A stretch of DNA of 64,000 bases from Candidatus Bathyarchaeia archaeon (GCA_038870975.1 JAVZJD010000001.1:192001-256000), one strand, 5' to 3'. Shown: positions 20,230-30,658, counted from the first letter of the stretch. A program made the numbers and translations. The notes: generated from the sequence alone by a model not told the origin.

Positions 20230-21576
20230 ATGGAGCTATTAATATGCGGTGGAAGCGTAGTTACAATGAGCGAAAAAGGCATAATTAGAGAGGGCGCTAT
20301 ATTAGTTGATGAAGATAGAATAATTGAAGTAGGTAAGTGTGAAGACGTTAAACGTAGAAGCCCGAGAGGCTGTGAAAAGTTAAATGCTAAAGGTAGAATT
20401 GTTCTGCCGGGACTTATAAATACACACCATCACTTAGCCATGAGTCTTCTTAGAGGGTATGCTGACGATATGCCTCTAAAAGAATGGCTTGAGGAAAAAA
20501 TATGGCCTGTAGAGTCGCTTATGACTAGTAGAGATATTTACCTTGGTGCAAAGCTTACGGCAGTCGAATCTGCACTTGGGGGATGTACAACAGTGAATAC
20601 CATGTACCACTATTCGACTGAATTTAATGAAGCTAAGGCAATAGCTGAAGTCGGTATTAGAGGAGTTGTTGGACATGTATGTTTCTCTTGGCGGAAAAAT
20701 GAAGATCTGAAACTCACAAGATCGTTGGTTGAAATGTGGCACGGGGCTGAAAATGGTAGAATAAGGGTTAGCGTAGATCCACACGCTCCTTACACTGTAG
20801 ATCCAAATTATATGGTTGAACTTTGGAATACTACATTAGAATTAAACGAAAAGTTTGGAGAGAAGGGATCGATTATATCGCATATACACTTGGCTGAGAC
20901 CGTGGATGAAGCTGATAAAGTTAGAAGTATGTTCAACGTCGACGTGGGTAATGGGGTCGTAGAATACCTCGATAAACTTGGAGTTTTAAGTGGGTTAACG
21001 TTAGCCGCACACTGTGTCCATCTTTCAGAAAGAGATATAGCAATACTATCTCATAGGGGTGTTAAAGTTTCCCACAACCCTATTTCAAACCTCAAACTCG
21101 GCTCGGGTATAAGTCCAGTACCTAGGCTTTTAGAGGCTGGTGTAAAAGTCGGCCTTGGAACAGATAGTGTATGTTCAAACAATAGCTCCGATATGTTTGA
21201 AACTATAAAGTTTGCAGCTCTAATACATAAAGGTGTACATATGAACCCGTCTATTATGAGCGCCTGGAAGGTTTTACAGATGGCTACTATAGATGGAGCT
21301 AAAGCATTAAACTGGGATTGTGAGATAGGTTCTATAGAGCCTGGAAAGAAGGCAGATATAGTGGTGGTTAATGTTATGAAACCACATACAATACCTATGT
21401 ACAGCGAGGTGAGCCATTTGGTCTACACGGTAAAGAGTAGCGATGTTGAAACAGTTATCGTAGATGGGAAGATTATCGTAGAGAATCGTGAGATCAAGAC
21501 CGTTAAAATCGAGGAATTGATGGAGGAATTTTTAAAAGCCAGAGATAGTCTTATAGAGAGAGCTGGCGTGAAATAA
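20230..21576 (+). CDS. mtaD: amidohydrolase, 5-methylthioadenosine/S-adenosylhomocysteine deaminase family
   Basis: PGLINTHHH, PHAPYT, HLAET, AHCVH, HNPISNLKLGSG, GTD. Confidence 0.82.
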   Translation: MELLICGGSVVTMSEKGIIREGAILVDEDRIIEVGKCEDVKRRSPRGCEKLNAKGRIVLPGLINTHHHLAMSLLRGYADDMPLKEWLEEKIWPVESLMTSRDIYLGAKLTAVESALGGCTTVNTMYHYSTEFNEAKAIAEVGIRGVVGHVCFSWRKNEDLKLTRSLVEMWHGAENGRIRVSVDPHAPYTVDPNYMVELWNTTLELNEKFGEKGSIISHIHLAETVDEADKVRSMFNVDVGNGVVEYLDKLGVLSGLTLAAHCVHLSERDIAILSHRGVKVSHNPISNLKLGSGISPVPRLLEAGVKVGLGTDSVCSNNSSDMFETIKFAALIHKGVHMNPSIMSAWKVLQMATIDGAKALNWDCEIGSIEPGKKADIVVVNVMKPHTIPMYSEVSHLVYTVKSSDVETVIVDGKIIVENREIKTVKIEELMEEFLKARDSLIERAGVK

Positions 21577-21723
21577 CCATAGCTAATGGCCGCTGACCTG
21601 TTTAGAAGTTCGATGAAATTGCTTGATTTTTGTTTAAAAATGGTGGAATTGACCGATTTTAAGTACAAATAAATAAATAAAAAAGTATATATTTTTGTAC
21701 ATCCACATGAATTTCTGATTCTC

Positions 21724-21990
21724 TTGAAGACGACGGTTTTCACAACTCCTAATTGTCCGAATTGTAAGCTCTTGAAAGACTTCCTAGAGAAATTGGGGAT
21801 TTCATACGACGAGAAGAACTTACTAGATTTAGATGTTCAAACAGAACTTATAATGATGGATATATTTACTATGTCAGCACCCATTTTGAAAATAGGGAAA
21901 CGTATACTAACATTTAAAGAGCTTTTCGAAGGAGGTAAATTGAATGAAAAATTGATAATTAACGTACTGGAGGCTGAGGAGAATGGTTGA
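21724..21990 (+). CDS. nrdH: glutaredoxin-like redoxin (NrdH-like)
   Basis: CPNC motif, SAP cis-Pro motif; overlaps the nrdD start. Confidence 0.75.
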   Translation: MKTTVFTTPNCPNCKLLKDFLEKLGISYDEKNLLDLDVQTELIMMDIFTMSAPILKIGKRILTFKELFEGGKLNEKLIINVLEAEENG

Positions 21991-24900
21991 TGTTGTTAAA
22001 CCTCTCCCAATGGTTAGGTCTTCCAGCGGACACTTTATCCCTTGGAATAGGCAGAATATCGTAAACTCTTTACTTAAAGAGACGAAGCTTGCAACTATGT
22101 TCTTCGGCGTTAGACCAATGACTGAAGAAGAGGCCGAATCCATAGCTTTAGAAGTCGAAGCAAAGATAAAAAGTATGGATTTAAAATTCATTTCAGGACC
22201 ATTGATAAGAGAAATAGTTAACACGGTTCTCCTTGAGAAGGGCTCTTTCAACCCTCTATACCGGATATACCGTAATGTTTACACACGTGTTGGAACACCT
22301 GTATACGATGCATATGAAATAGACGTCGGAAAAGGATTTGAAGCAAAGGAAAACGCCAATCTCCAGCCCAACGCAGAAACATCGCATAAGAAGAAGGCTG
22401 ATAAAACATCTAAAGAAGAGTACTTGCTTCTAATGCCGATAGAGCTTGCAGATGCGCATTTGAAAGGAGAAATACACATACACGATTTAGAATATTTTGG
22501 AACAAGACCCTTCTGCCAGGATTGGGATCTCAGATATTTCTTCTATTATGGTTTTATGCCCGATGGTATGGGTATTAAAACCTCTGTAGCCAGAGCCGCT
22601 CAAAGGGCTGAAGTTGCTGTTCTACATTCGGTCAAAGTTTTAGCAGCTGCTCAGACGAATTTCTCAGGTGGAGAAGGTTTCTATAACTATTTGGTCTTCC
22701 TTGCTCCATATGTACGCGGTTTGAATTACGATAACGTTAAACAACTTATGCAGATGATGTTTTACGAGCTAACCCAAATCTATGTAGCTAGAGGGGGGCA
22801 ACCCGTTTTCTCGAATATTCAGATAACTCCCGGTGTTCCGAAACTTTGGGAAGACGTCCCTATAGTGGCTAGAGGAAGAATTGGACCTGATAAATATGGA
22901 GATTATGAAGATGAAGTTAGAATACTTTACAGAGCATTAAATGAAGTAGCACTTCAGGGTGACTACTGGGGCAAACCTTTCAATTTTCCAAAGCTTGAAA
23001 ACGGTATAGTGCCTGAGCTTTTCAACAATGAATATGATGAAGAGTGGCTTTTAGCTCATAAAGTCGTTGCAAAATTTGGCTCACCATACTTCGATAATAT
23101 GATACCTGAGTACAGGGGGTACGGTAAAGGTGTTTCATGTTACCAGTGTCTACCAGGTGATGAACTTGTTGTGGTTAGGAGAAATGGCTCTATCACCGCT
23201 CTTGAAGTCAGAGAAGTGAAAACAGAGGATGAAATACTATCGTGCTCTATGAATTCTTTCAACGTAGAGTTTTCAAGTCCGAAGTCTATGTTGATTAAAC
23301 CATACAATGGCTACATGTACACGTTACAACTCGAAGGAGGTAGGAGGATAAGAGTTACAGAGGACCATCCAATACCTGTACTCAGAAATGGAAAACAAAT
23401 AACAGTCCCAGCATGTGAGGTCAGACTTGGAGACGGTGTATTCATAGTATTAAAGTTTCCAAGAAATACAGTCAATGAAATTAACGTAGATGAAAGTATC
23501 TTATCGTCGAAAGCCAGATACAAACTCCCAGGGAATATAGCAGTTAATAGAGGATTTGCCGAGCTTCTAGGACTCTATTTAGCTAAGGGGGATGCTAAAA
23601 AAGTCCCTAGAGGAGGCATAGTTAGGTTTTCCTTTGGGAAACATGAAGGAGAGCTGGCTGGGTATGTTAAAAAGCTTTTAGAGGACATCTTTCACGTTAA
23701 AGCGCATATATGTGAGTTTAAGACGGCGATCGTCGTTCAAGCTGGTAGCATACAGTTGTATCGTTTTCTAGTTGAACAACTTAAAGTTGGACGCACTTCG
23801 TCAGAGAAGGATGTACCAACAATAGTATTTCAATTTCCAAATGACGCCATATGGGCGTTTCTAAAGGGTGTTTTCAAAGGCGATGGGGGGTTGTTTATGG
23901 GCAAAAACCAGCGGGGTTATAAGACATACAGTTTACAACTACGGCTGTCTTCTAAGAAGGCTTGTCAGAAAATAGTTCTCTTATCTGGATTTGTTGGTCT
24001 ACCGTTAAACTATTATGAACATAGATACGGTATGAATAATAAGAAAATCTACGTATGTAGGTTAACCTCAAGAAGGGCTATCGAATGCTTTATGAGGGAG
24101 GAGCCAGTTGTAAAAGATTCTAGAATCACCTTAAAAGTTAAGAAAATTGACCGTGAGAAGTTTAATGGAATCGTCTACGATCCAGTTGAAATTAAGGGTA
24201 ATCATTTCGTTAATGCTCTTGGAGTTATAACACATAATTGTTGTGCATATAATTTTGTCGATACTCCGGATGGCGACCCCGAGTTTGAAGAAAAACTATA
24301 CTTTGTCGACGGTAAACATTTCAGTATGGGTTCTTGGCAGGTTGTCACTATAAACCTTCCGAGGGCAGCTTATAAATCTAAAGGTGAAGACGATAGGCTC
24401 TATGAGGAGGTTGAAAGACTTATGGATGCTTGCGTAGATGTATTCAAAACCAAGAATCAATGGATGACGCTGATGATTGAAAACAATAGAATACCATTTG
24501 CAACACAGAGGCCAAAAGATCCCGTTACGGGCAACCGGGGACCACCACCTGTGAATTTTGAAGAGCTGGTATGGACGATAGGAATAGTCGGAGTGAATGA
24601 AATGGTTCAATACCATACGGGATATCAACTTCATGAATCCGATGAGGCTGTTAAAGTGGCGGTTAGACTTATACTGGAGATGAAGAAGTATATTAAAGAA
24701 CTCGAAGAGAAGAGTGGCTTTAAACTAGCATTAGCACGTACACCAGCTGAGTCTTGCGCCCAGAGATTGGCTGTCTGCGACTTAATAGACCCAGAGTTTA
24801 AAGACGCTGCTAGAAAAGTCGTTAAAGGCGATTTAGAGGCTACTGAGAGGCTCTTAACTATGGGTGAACGCGATGTACCTATTTACTACAGCAATGGTAC

Positions 24901-25276
24901 CCATGTCTACGTAGGTGCTAGAATACCACTGTTGGAGAGGATGAGGATAGAGAACAAGTTCTTTCCGATTCTAAACGGAGGGAACATGTTCCACATTTGG
25001 CTGGGAGAAGCGACTTCAGACCCTGAGGCTCTTTATAAGTTTACTAAACGTATTGCATTTCAAACTCAAATAGGATATTTCGCATATACTAAAGACTTAA
25101 CGATCTGTGAAGACTGCAATAGAGTTTCAGGTGGATTAAATTCCTACTGTTTAGAGTGCGGTTCGACGAGAGTTAGATGGTGGTCTAGAGTCACTGGATA
25201 CTACCAGGAAGTCAAGGGCTGGAATAGAGCTAAAAGACATGAATTTTTTGAGAGATACAGAGTTTCAATAACCTAG
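21983..25276 (+). CDS. nrdD: anaerobic (class III) ribonucleoside-triphosphate reductase, intein-containing
   Basis: N-terminal ATP cone, HIHDL, TPAES, YSNG, CxxC..CxxC, glycyl-radical motif SRVTGYY. Confidence 0.96.
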   Translation: MVDVVKPLPMVRSSSGHFIPWNRQNIVNSLLKETKLATMFFGVRPMTEEEAESIALEVEAKIKSMDLKFISGPLIREIVNTVLLEKGSFNPLYRIYRNVYTRVGTPVYDAYEIDVGKGFEAKENANLQPNAETSHKKKADKTSKEEYLLLMPIELADAHLKGEIHIHDLEYFGTRPFCQDWDLRYFFYYGFMPDGMGIKTSVARAAQRAEVAVLHSVKVLAAAQTNFSGGEGFYNYLVFLAPYVRGLNYDNVKQLMQMMFYELTQIYVARGGQPVFSNIQITPGVPKLWEDVPIVARGRIGPDKYGDYEDEVRILYRALNEVALQGDYWGKPFNFPKLENGIVPELFNNEYDEEWLLAHKVVAKFGSPYFDNMIPEYRGYGKGVSCYQCLPGDELVVVRRNGSITALEVREVKTEDEILSCSMNSFNVEFSSPKSMLIKPYNGYMYTLQLEGGRRIRVTEDHPIPVLRNGKQITVPACEVRLGDGVFIVLKFPRNTVNEINVDESILSSKARYKLPGNIAVNRGFAELLGLYLAKGDAKKVPRGGIVRFSFGKHEGELAGYVKKLLEDIFHVKAHICEFKTAIVVQAGSIQLYRFLVEQLKVGRTSSEKDVPTIVFQFPNDAIWAFLKGVFKGDGGLFMGKNQRGYKTYSLQLRLSSKKACQKIVLLSGFVGLPLNYYEHRYGMNNKKIYVCRLTSRRAIECFMREEPVVKDSRITLKVKKIDREKFNGIVYDPVEIKGNHFVNALGVITHNCCAYNFVDTPDGDPEFEEKLYFVDGKHFSMGSWQVVTINLPRAAYKSKGEDDRLYEEVERLMDACVDVFKTKNQWMTLMIENNRIPFATQRPKDPVTGNRGPPPVNFEELVWTIGIVGVNEMVQYHTGYQLHESDEAVKVAVRLILEMKKYIKELEEKSGFKLALARTPAESCAQRLAVCDLIDPEFKDAARKVVKGDLEATERLLTMGERDVPIYYSNGTHVYVGARIPLLERMRIENKFFPILNGGNMFHIWLGEATSDPEALYKFTKRIAFQTQIGYFAYTKDLTICEDCNRVSGGLNSYCLECGSTRVRWWSRVTGYYQEVKGWNRAKRHEFFERYRVSIT
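23147..24238 (+). mobile_element. 364-aa intein with LAGLIDADG-type endonuclease domain in NrdD
   Basis: CYQ|CLPGDE (block A), RVTEDHP (block B), LLGLYLAKG and LKGVFKGDG (blocks C/E), GVITHN|CCAY (block G, +1 Cys). Confidence 0.93.
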
Positions 25277-25303
25277 CAGTATTTCTTTCTGGAGGCTTTT
25301 CCT

Positions 25304-26014
25304 GTGAATATCAAGGGATTTATCGATGTAAGCCTCATAGACTGGGATGGATATGTTGTCTCAGTAATTTGGACACCAGGTTGCAACTTCAGATGCCCAT
25401 TTTGCTTTAATAAAACGCTGGTATTGAATCCAGAATCGCTACAGAATATTCCCGAGGAAACAATCCTAGATTTTCTTGAAGAAAATAAAAATATTCTCGA
25501 CGGATTATGTATAACGGGTGGAGAGCCTACCATTCAAACAGATTTGGACTTATTCTGTTCCAAAGTTAAGAGGCTCGGTTTAAAGGTTAAATTGGATTCC
25601 AACGGTTCAAAACCAGAAGTCCTCAGAAGTCTAATTTTAAACAACCTCGTGGACTTTATCGCCCTAGATATTAAGGCACCCCTTAACCTAGAAAGCTATG
25701 AAAAAGCTTCTGGGGTACGATCTGAAGAATTGATTAAGAAGATTGTGGAGAGTATAAGACTCCTTATGACTTCAGGTGTAGATTATGAGTTCAGGACAAC
25801 TATTGTACCGAGTTTGCACAGCGAGTTTGAAGTTGAGCAAATCTGTAAAGCCATAAGGGGGGCTAAAAAATATGTTTTACAAGCTTACAACCCTAGGGAT
25901 CCTATTGATCCTAGGTTTAAAGACGTTGAAATACCTAGCCGAAGCTTTATGCTTCGACTAGCTGAAATAGCTTCAAAATATGTAGAGAAGGTATCTATTA
26001 GAGGGATATCTTAG
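25304..26014 (+). CDS. nrdG: anaerobic ribonucleotide reductase activating enzyme (radical SAM)
   Basis: GCNFRCPFC, TGGEP, KLDSNG, EFRTT; downstream of nrdD. Confidence 0.93.
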   Translation: MNIKGFIDVSLIDWDGYVVSVIWTPGCNFRCPFCFNKTLVLNPESLQNIPEETILDFLEENKNILDGLCITGGEPTIQTDLDLFCSKVKRLGLKVKLDSNGSKPEVLRSLILNNLVDFIALDIKAPLNLESYEKASGVRSEELIKKIVESIRLLMTSGVDYEFRTTIVPSLHSEFEVEQICKAIRGAKKYVLQAYNPRDPIDPRFKDVEIPSRSFMLRLAEIASKYVEKVSIRGIS

Positions 26015-27336
26015 GGCAGTATCCTTTCTGGATCTCTAGGTATTAAAGTAGCTTCTCTAATATTCTCGATTTTTAAAATGGTTGAGGTTAGTCTCTCAAG
26101 TCCAGTCCCAGACCCACCATGAGGTGGTACGCCACATTTGAAAAACTCTAGGTAGAAACTTAGGTCTTCAGGATTTAAGCCTTTCTCAATACACTGGTCA
26201 ATTAGCCTATGATATCTATGCTCTCTTTGACCTCCTGTAGTTACTTCTAGACCGCTCCATATGAGGTCGAAAGACCTAGTCCAATCAGGCTCTTCTTCAA
26301 TCCTCATCGTGTAAAATGGTCTAGGCTTCCAAGGGAACTCAGTTAAGAAGAACTGTTTATAACCGTATTCCCTCTCCACGATGTTTGAAAGTTTTCTCTC
26401 ACCTTCTGGGTTTAAATCTTCCATGTAATCTGGTTTAAAGCCTTCAGATTCCAACAGTTTATAAGCTTCACGCATCGGTAATCTCAGTATTGGCGTTTTA
26501 ATAGGTTGTACTTCAACATTCAATATCTCAAGTTCCTCTTTACACTTTTTCGAAACCACCTCACAGACTGAGCTAATCATCCCCTCGACAATCCTCATAA
26601 CATCTTCGTCACTCTCTATGTAACTCATTTCAAAGTCTATGCTTACATATTCGCATAAGTGTCTAGGTGTGTGATGTTTTTCAGCTCTGAAGACAGGTCC
26701 TATTTCAAAGACTTTTTCAAAACCAGCCGCCATGAGCATTTGCTTATAGAATTGGGGGCTTTGGGCTAGGAAGACTTTTCTCCCGAAGTAATCTACGGGG
26801 AAGACGTTGGCACCAGACTCTGTTGCCTGAGCTACGAGTCTAGATGTGTGAACTTCTCTGAAGCCTCGCTCCCTGAAGAAATTATCTAAGGCTTCACAAA
26901 TAGTACTTTGAATTTTAAATATGGCCGCTACTCTTGGATTTCTAAGGTCTAGAAATCTATACCTGAGCCTTTTGTCTAAACCCGTTTTAATTATGTCTGT
27001 TCTGTAGAATTCTATGGCCGGTTGTTCTACAGCTTCGCACAGGACTTCAACACGTCTAGGCTTTAGTTCCAACCCTAATTTAGCAATATCGCTTTGGAAG
27101 GCATAGCCTTCGACGGCAATGACGCTTTCACGTTTAATTTTCCTAAGCAACTCAAATACTTCATCTGGGACCGAGTCTTTCTTAGCGGTGATTTGTATGA
27201 GTCCTGAAGAGTCTCTCAGAATCACGAAAACTATATTTTTTAGATCTCTAACTTCATGTACGAAACCAGCTACCACTACATCTCCTTTGGCCTCTCTAAT
27301 GGAAACCCGTCTCCTAAGATCGATCAAATCAAGCAC
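26011..27336 (-). CDS. aspS: aspartate--tRNA ligase (archaeal type)
   Basis: OB-fold, LAQSPQFYKQ, FRAE, PPHGG.G.GLERL, PRDP. Confidence 0.95.
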   Translation of the reverse strand: MLDLIDLRRRVSIREAKGDVVVAGFVHEVRDLKNIVFVILRDSSGLIQITAKKDSVPDEVFELLRKIKRESVIAVEGYAFQSDIAKLGLELKPRRVEVLCEAVEQPAIEFYRTDIIKTGLDKRLRYRFLDLRNPRVAAIFKIQSTICEALDNFFRERGFREVHTSRLVAQATESGANVFPVDYFGRKVFLAQSPQFYKQMLMAAGFEKVFEIGPVFRAEKHHTPRHLCEYVSIDFEMSYIESDEDVMRIVEGMISSVCEVVSKKCKEELEILNVEVQPIKTPILRLPMREAYKLLESEGFKPDYMEDLNPEGERKLSNIVEREYGYKQFFLTEFPWKPRPFYTMRIEEEPDWTRSFDLIWSGLEVTTGGQREHRYHRLIDQCIEKGLNPEDLSFYLEFFKCGVPPHGGSGTGLERLTSTILKIENIREATLIPRDPERILP

Positions 27337-27363
27337 ACTCTTGACCCTTATACAATTTGACTT

Positions 27364-27996
27364 TTAACCGCTTCGCTTAATTTGTTTCAATATTGTCTTA
27401 TAATGTTCTTCATCTAATACGCCTAATTGGTAGAGGATTTTTGAAGCCTCTGTTATGGTTAACAGACTGAAAAGCCTTATACCCGATTTATCAAGAGCCT
27501 CTTTTCCACCCTCTTCTCTATCTATTAAGACCACCGCTTTATCTACAATACCACCTTCAGCTCTAACTATAGATGCTGCTCTGAGGATACTTTTACCCGT
27601 TGTTATAAGGTCATCTATAAAAATGACCCTATCTCCAGAATTCAAAACTCCTTCTATGTTTCTACCTGTGCCGTGGGCCTTTGCTTCTTCTCTCACATAG
27701 AGAAATGGCTTTTCAACCCTGAAGGCTATGACAGAAGCGAAAGGTATACCGGCTGTAGGTATGCCAGCTATTCTATCAAAGTTGTCTAGGCCTATACTTT
27801 CCTCGACCATCCTCACGTATATGTCACTTATTTTTTTAAATGCTTCAACATGACTTGGTATAAGCCTTAGATCGATATAGTATGGACTTATTTTACCACT
27901 TGTAAGTTTGAAAACTCCAAACTTCAAAGCTCCAAGTCTAACCAGTACATTGCAGACATATTCTTTGGCTTCGATCTTCCAGCTCAACGTTATCAA
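27364..27996 (-). CDS. pyrE: orotate phosphoribosyltransferase
   Basis: F.LTSGK.SPYYIDLR, KAHG, IDDLITTG. Confidence 0.95.
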   Translation of the reverse strand: MITLSWKIEAKEYVCNVLVRLGALKFGVFKLTSGKISPYYIDLRLIPSHVEAFKKISDIYVRMVEESIGLDNFDRIAGIPTAGIPFASVIAFRVEKPFLYVREEAKAHGTGRNIEGVLNSGDRVIFIDDLITTGKSILRAASIVRAEGGIVDKAVVLIDREEGGKEALDKSGIRLFSLLTITEASKILYQLGVLDEEHYKTILKQIKRSG

Positions 27997-28129
27997 ACTA
28001 GAAGATAGCTAGAAATACTAAATAAACTTAGTACCTTCTTTAGCATCTCAAAGACCATGATGCCCCTAGACTTCAGATAGTGTGGGAAAAAGAAGTTTAG
28101 AATGCTGTATTAAATGCATTTGACGGTCA

Positions 28130-28918
28130 TTAAATTAGACTTTTCAGGTATTTTACACACTTTGGAAGTTCTTTTTCTGGGTCTCCTGGAATTCCACATT
28201 CAAGAGCCATATAGTTCTTATAACCTATTTTCTTCAACGCGGCAAAACTAGATTTGAAGTCTGTATGCCCGTATCCTGGTAATAGACGGTTACTATCTGC
28301 TAGATGTACATGGAGTATGTATCCAGCTGCATCCTCAATACTCCTAGCCAAATCAGCTTCCTCGATGTTCATGTGAAAGAAGTCAGCCATTATCTTCACA
28401 TAGTCTCTCCCAGAGGCTTTACATATGTCAACTGCCTGTTGAAGCCTATTGATGAAGTGGGTTTCGTAACGATTTAAAGGCTCTAAAAGGATATAAGAAC
28501 CGACTTCTTCAGCGTAATCACCAAGTATCTTACATTCTTCTATTAAAACCTGCCTCTCGATATCCCTGACATTCGGATACCACGGATATAAATCTGAGAT
28601 TTTAGGTCCATTAAATGTCGGTACAGTTATAACACCAACACCTCCAAGCTCGGCACAAAGCCTAAGTCTCTCCTTTAACCCCTCAATAGCAATCTCCCGC
28701 GTCCGACGGTCAGCTCCTAATAAATCTCCACCATATCCTGCGCAGACGGTTGAAAGTCTAACCTTTGAAGTACTTAACGCATCTTTGACTTCCTTAAGTC
28801 TCTGAGGTAAGTCACTCCCCCATACTTCTAAACCCTCAAAGCCATATACTTCTATCTTAGCAAGCTTTTCAATTAATGTTTTGCCTGGAGCTAAATTCTC
28901 CTGAATAGCCAACTTCAT
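28130..28918 (-). CDS. sugar phosphate isomerase/epimerase (xylose-isomerase-like TIM barrel, ketose 3-epimerase-like)
   Basis: EPLNRYE, DFFHMNIEE, HVHLADSNR..PG.GH, ALEC. Confidence 0.88.
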   Translation of the reverse strand: MKLAIQENLAPGKTLIEKLAKIEVYGFEGLEVWGSDLPQRLKEVKDALSTSKVRLSTVCAGYGGDLLGADRRTREIAIEGLKERLRLCAELGGVGVITVPTFNGPKISDLYPWYPNVRDIERQVLIEECKILGDYAEEVGSYILLEPLNRYETHFINRLQQAVDICKASGRDYVKIMADFFHMNIEEADLARSIEDAAGYILHVHLADSNRLLPGYGHTDFKSSFAALKKIGYKNYMALECGIPGDPEKELPKCVKYLKSLI

Positions 28919-29189
28919 ATTAACACCATAACTTAATTAAAAGCAGGGATTTATTTAAAATAAACTAAATATACTTCCATACGTACCATCATTTCAACAA
29001 TTGGACACCAACATGTTAGAATATTTGGAGCGGGTTAGGAGATACTCTCGTGCACATCCATCACCTATATAAATAAAATCTGCTTTTTTAAGACATTCCC
29101 ACAGTTTTTCAAATGAGGGGGCAAAATTTCCATAAAATAGAATTAAAACCTAGATCATCTCCCCAGTTTTGTGAATAAAATTGTATGAC

Positions 29190-30242
29190 TTATCTCTTGA
29201 CTGGGTATCTTCCGTATTTTTCAGCTACGATATACATGGTTAATGCGTTTTCAGGAGGTACATACCTGGTTAATACGTTTGTTGTACTCAATATGTACCC
29301 TCCTCCTGGTGCTATTTCCCTTATCAATCTTTTAACCTCCGCTTTAACTTCTTCCGACGCCCCTAAGGGGAGTAGGTAGTCTAAGTCTAGGTTACCCATT
29401 AGGCATATGCGGTCTCCCCACTTCATCTTTATGGAAACTATATCTACACCAGCATTGGGTTGTAGGCTGTGCAACCCATCAAATCCCATATTTACAATAG
29501 CCTCTAAAAGGGGTGTTACATTTCCATCGCAGTGGAATACAATAGGTAAACTGAGCTTATGAGCCAATTTCACTTCTTGAGCTAGATATGGGAATACGAA
29601 CTCCCGTAGGTGGTTTAGAGATATGAATGGACCTTTATCGTAGGCTAGATCGTCGCCTAGAAGTATTACATGCGCACCTGAGTCTGCATACAGCTTTATA
29701 ACCTCTAGCTCGAATCTACATACCTCTTCAACCACTCTTCTGAGCAAATGCGGATGCTTATATAGTGCTTTCACGTAGTTTTCCAAGCCCATTAACGGGT
29801 ATACCGAATCAAAAGCCCCACCCACTTGAGCGAAAACACAGAAATCTGTCCTTTCAGACCATAATCTGACGCTATCTGCTTTGTACAATGAAATATCTGG
29901 CATCTTGAAATCTTTAAAATCCTCAGGATTTGCGAGTCCATGCTTTAAATATGTTCTCGTCTTTCCACTTTCCACCCATTCATTGCCAAAATAGTCTCTG
30001 TATACTGGATAGCCTTTCTCAGTTTTACCGATTACCTCAACTTTAGGTCCACCATTAAGCCCCACGTTTACTAAATCCATCTTCAACAGCTTTCTCACTT
30101 TAATATGCGCTTCAAACCAGTTTCTCAACGGTTCATTCAAAAGGGCGGATACGAGTTCATCGTGTATTTGAAGCTCACCCTTTGGTACTTTATCTGGTTC
30201 CTCAATACTTAAAGCCTTATAAACTCTCTCAACCTTATCCAT
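29190..30242 (-). CDS. uroporphyrinogen decarboxylase (URO-D/MtaA-like) family protein
   Basis: EPDKVP, GDDLAY..GPFIS, HCDGN, GNLD, GGGYIL. Confidence 0.82.
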   Translation of the reverse strand: MDKVERVYKALSIEEPDKVPKGELQIHDELVSALLNEPLRNWFEAHIKVRKLLKMDLVNVGLNGGPKVEVIGKTEKGYPVYRDYFGNEWVESGKTRTYLKHGLANPEDFKDFKMPDISLYKADSVRLWSERTDFCVFAQVGGAFDSVYPLMGLENYVKALYKHPHLLRRVVEEVCRFELEVIKLYADSGAHVILLGDDLAYDKGPFISLNHLREFVFPYLAQEVKLAHKLSLPIVFHCDGNVTPLLEAIVNMGFDGLHSLQPNAGVDIVSIKMKWGDRICLMGNLDLDYLLPLGASEEVKAEVKRLIREIAPGGGYILSTTNVLTRYVPPENALTMYIVAEKYGRYPVKR

Positions 30243-30626
30243 TCAATTCATCACGATAGTCGAATTCTAAAATATGACGTTCTTAAACATTATGTTCTCA
30301 CAGCCTCTGGGGAGATTTATGTTACGAGACGGTTTAAAATACAAATCGTGGCTTTATCAGTATTCTTGGTTTATTCGACTGACTTCTATTGCTATTAGCC
30401 TGCATCTGAGGGAAAAATGAAGGGGGCTTTTGAATCCTATCCACCATAGAAAGACTTCGTAAATTCCATCATAAGCTTAAGCAGACAACAGATAAAAGCC
30501 CACTACTACTCAAGATTTTTTTTAACATCAACGAGTATTATTAGACTAAATAGTGTAGAAACCAAGAACATAACCATTCTTTACCCAATTCCAGACTGGA
30601 ATACGCATAAAATACCCCCTAACATT

Positions 30627-30634
30627 TTTAAATA
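30627..30634 (+). promoter_or_regulatory. probable TATA box of the tRNA-Met gene
   Basis: TTTAAATA ending about 25 nt upstream of the tRNA 5' end. Confidence 0.55.
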
Positions 30635-30658
30635 ACGTTTTTCATAGTCAAAAACAGT

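Noticed and set aside
28994-29158. 55-codon minus-strand frame with GGGGAG SD and a TAG at codon 3 (possible gene remnant or amber readthrough)
   Set aside because: Too short, no recognisable family motif, no pyrrolysine genes seen
11245-30242. URO-D-family genes as evidence of methylotrophic methanogenesis or heme synthesis
   Set aside because: No mcr, corrinoid-protein or hem genes in the window; the fold alone does not indicate function
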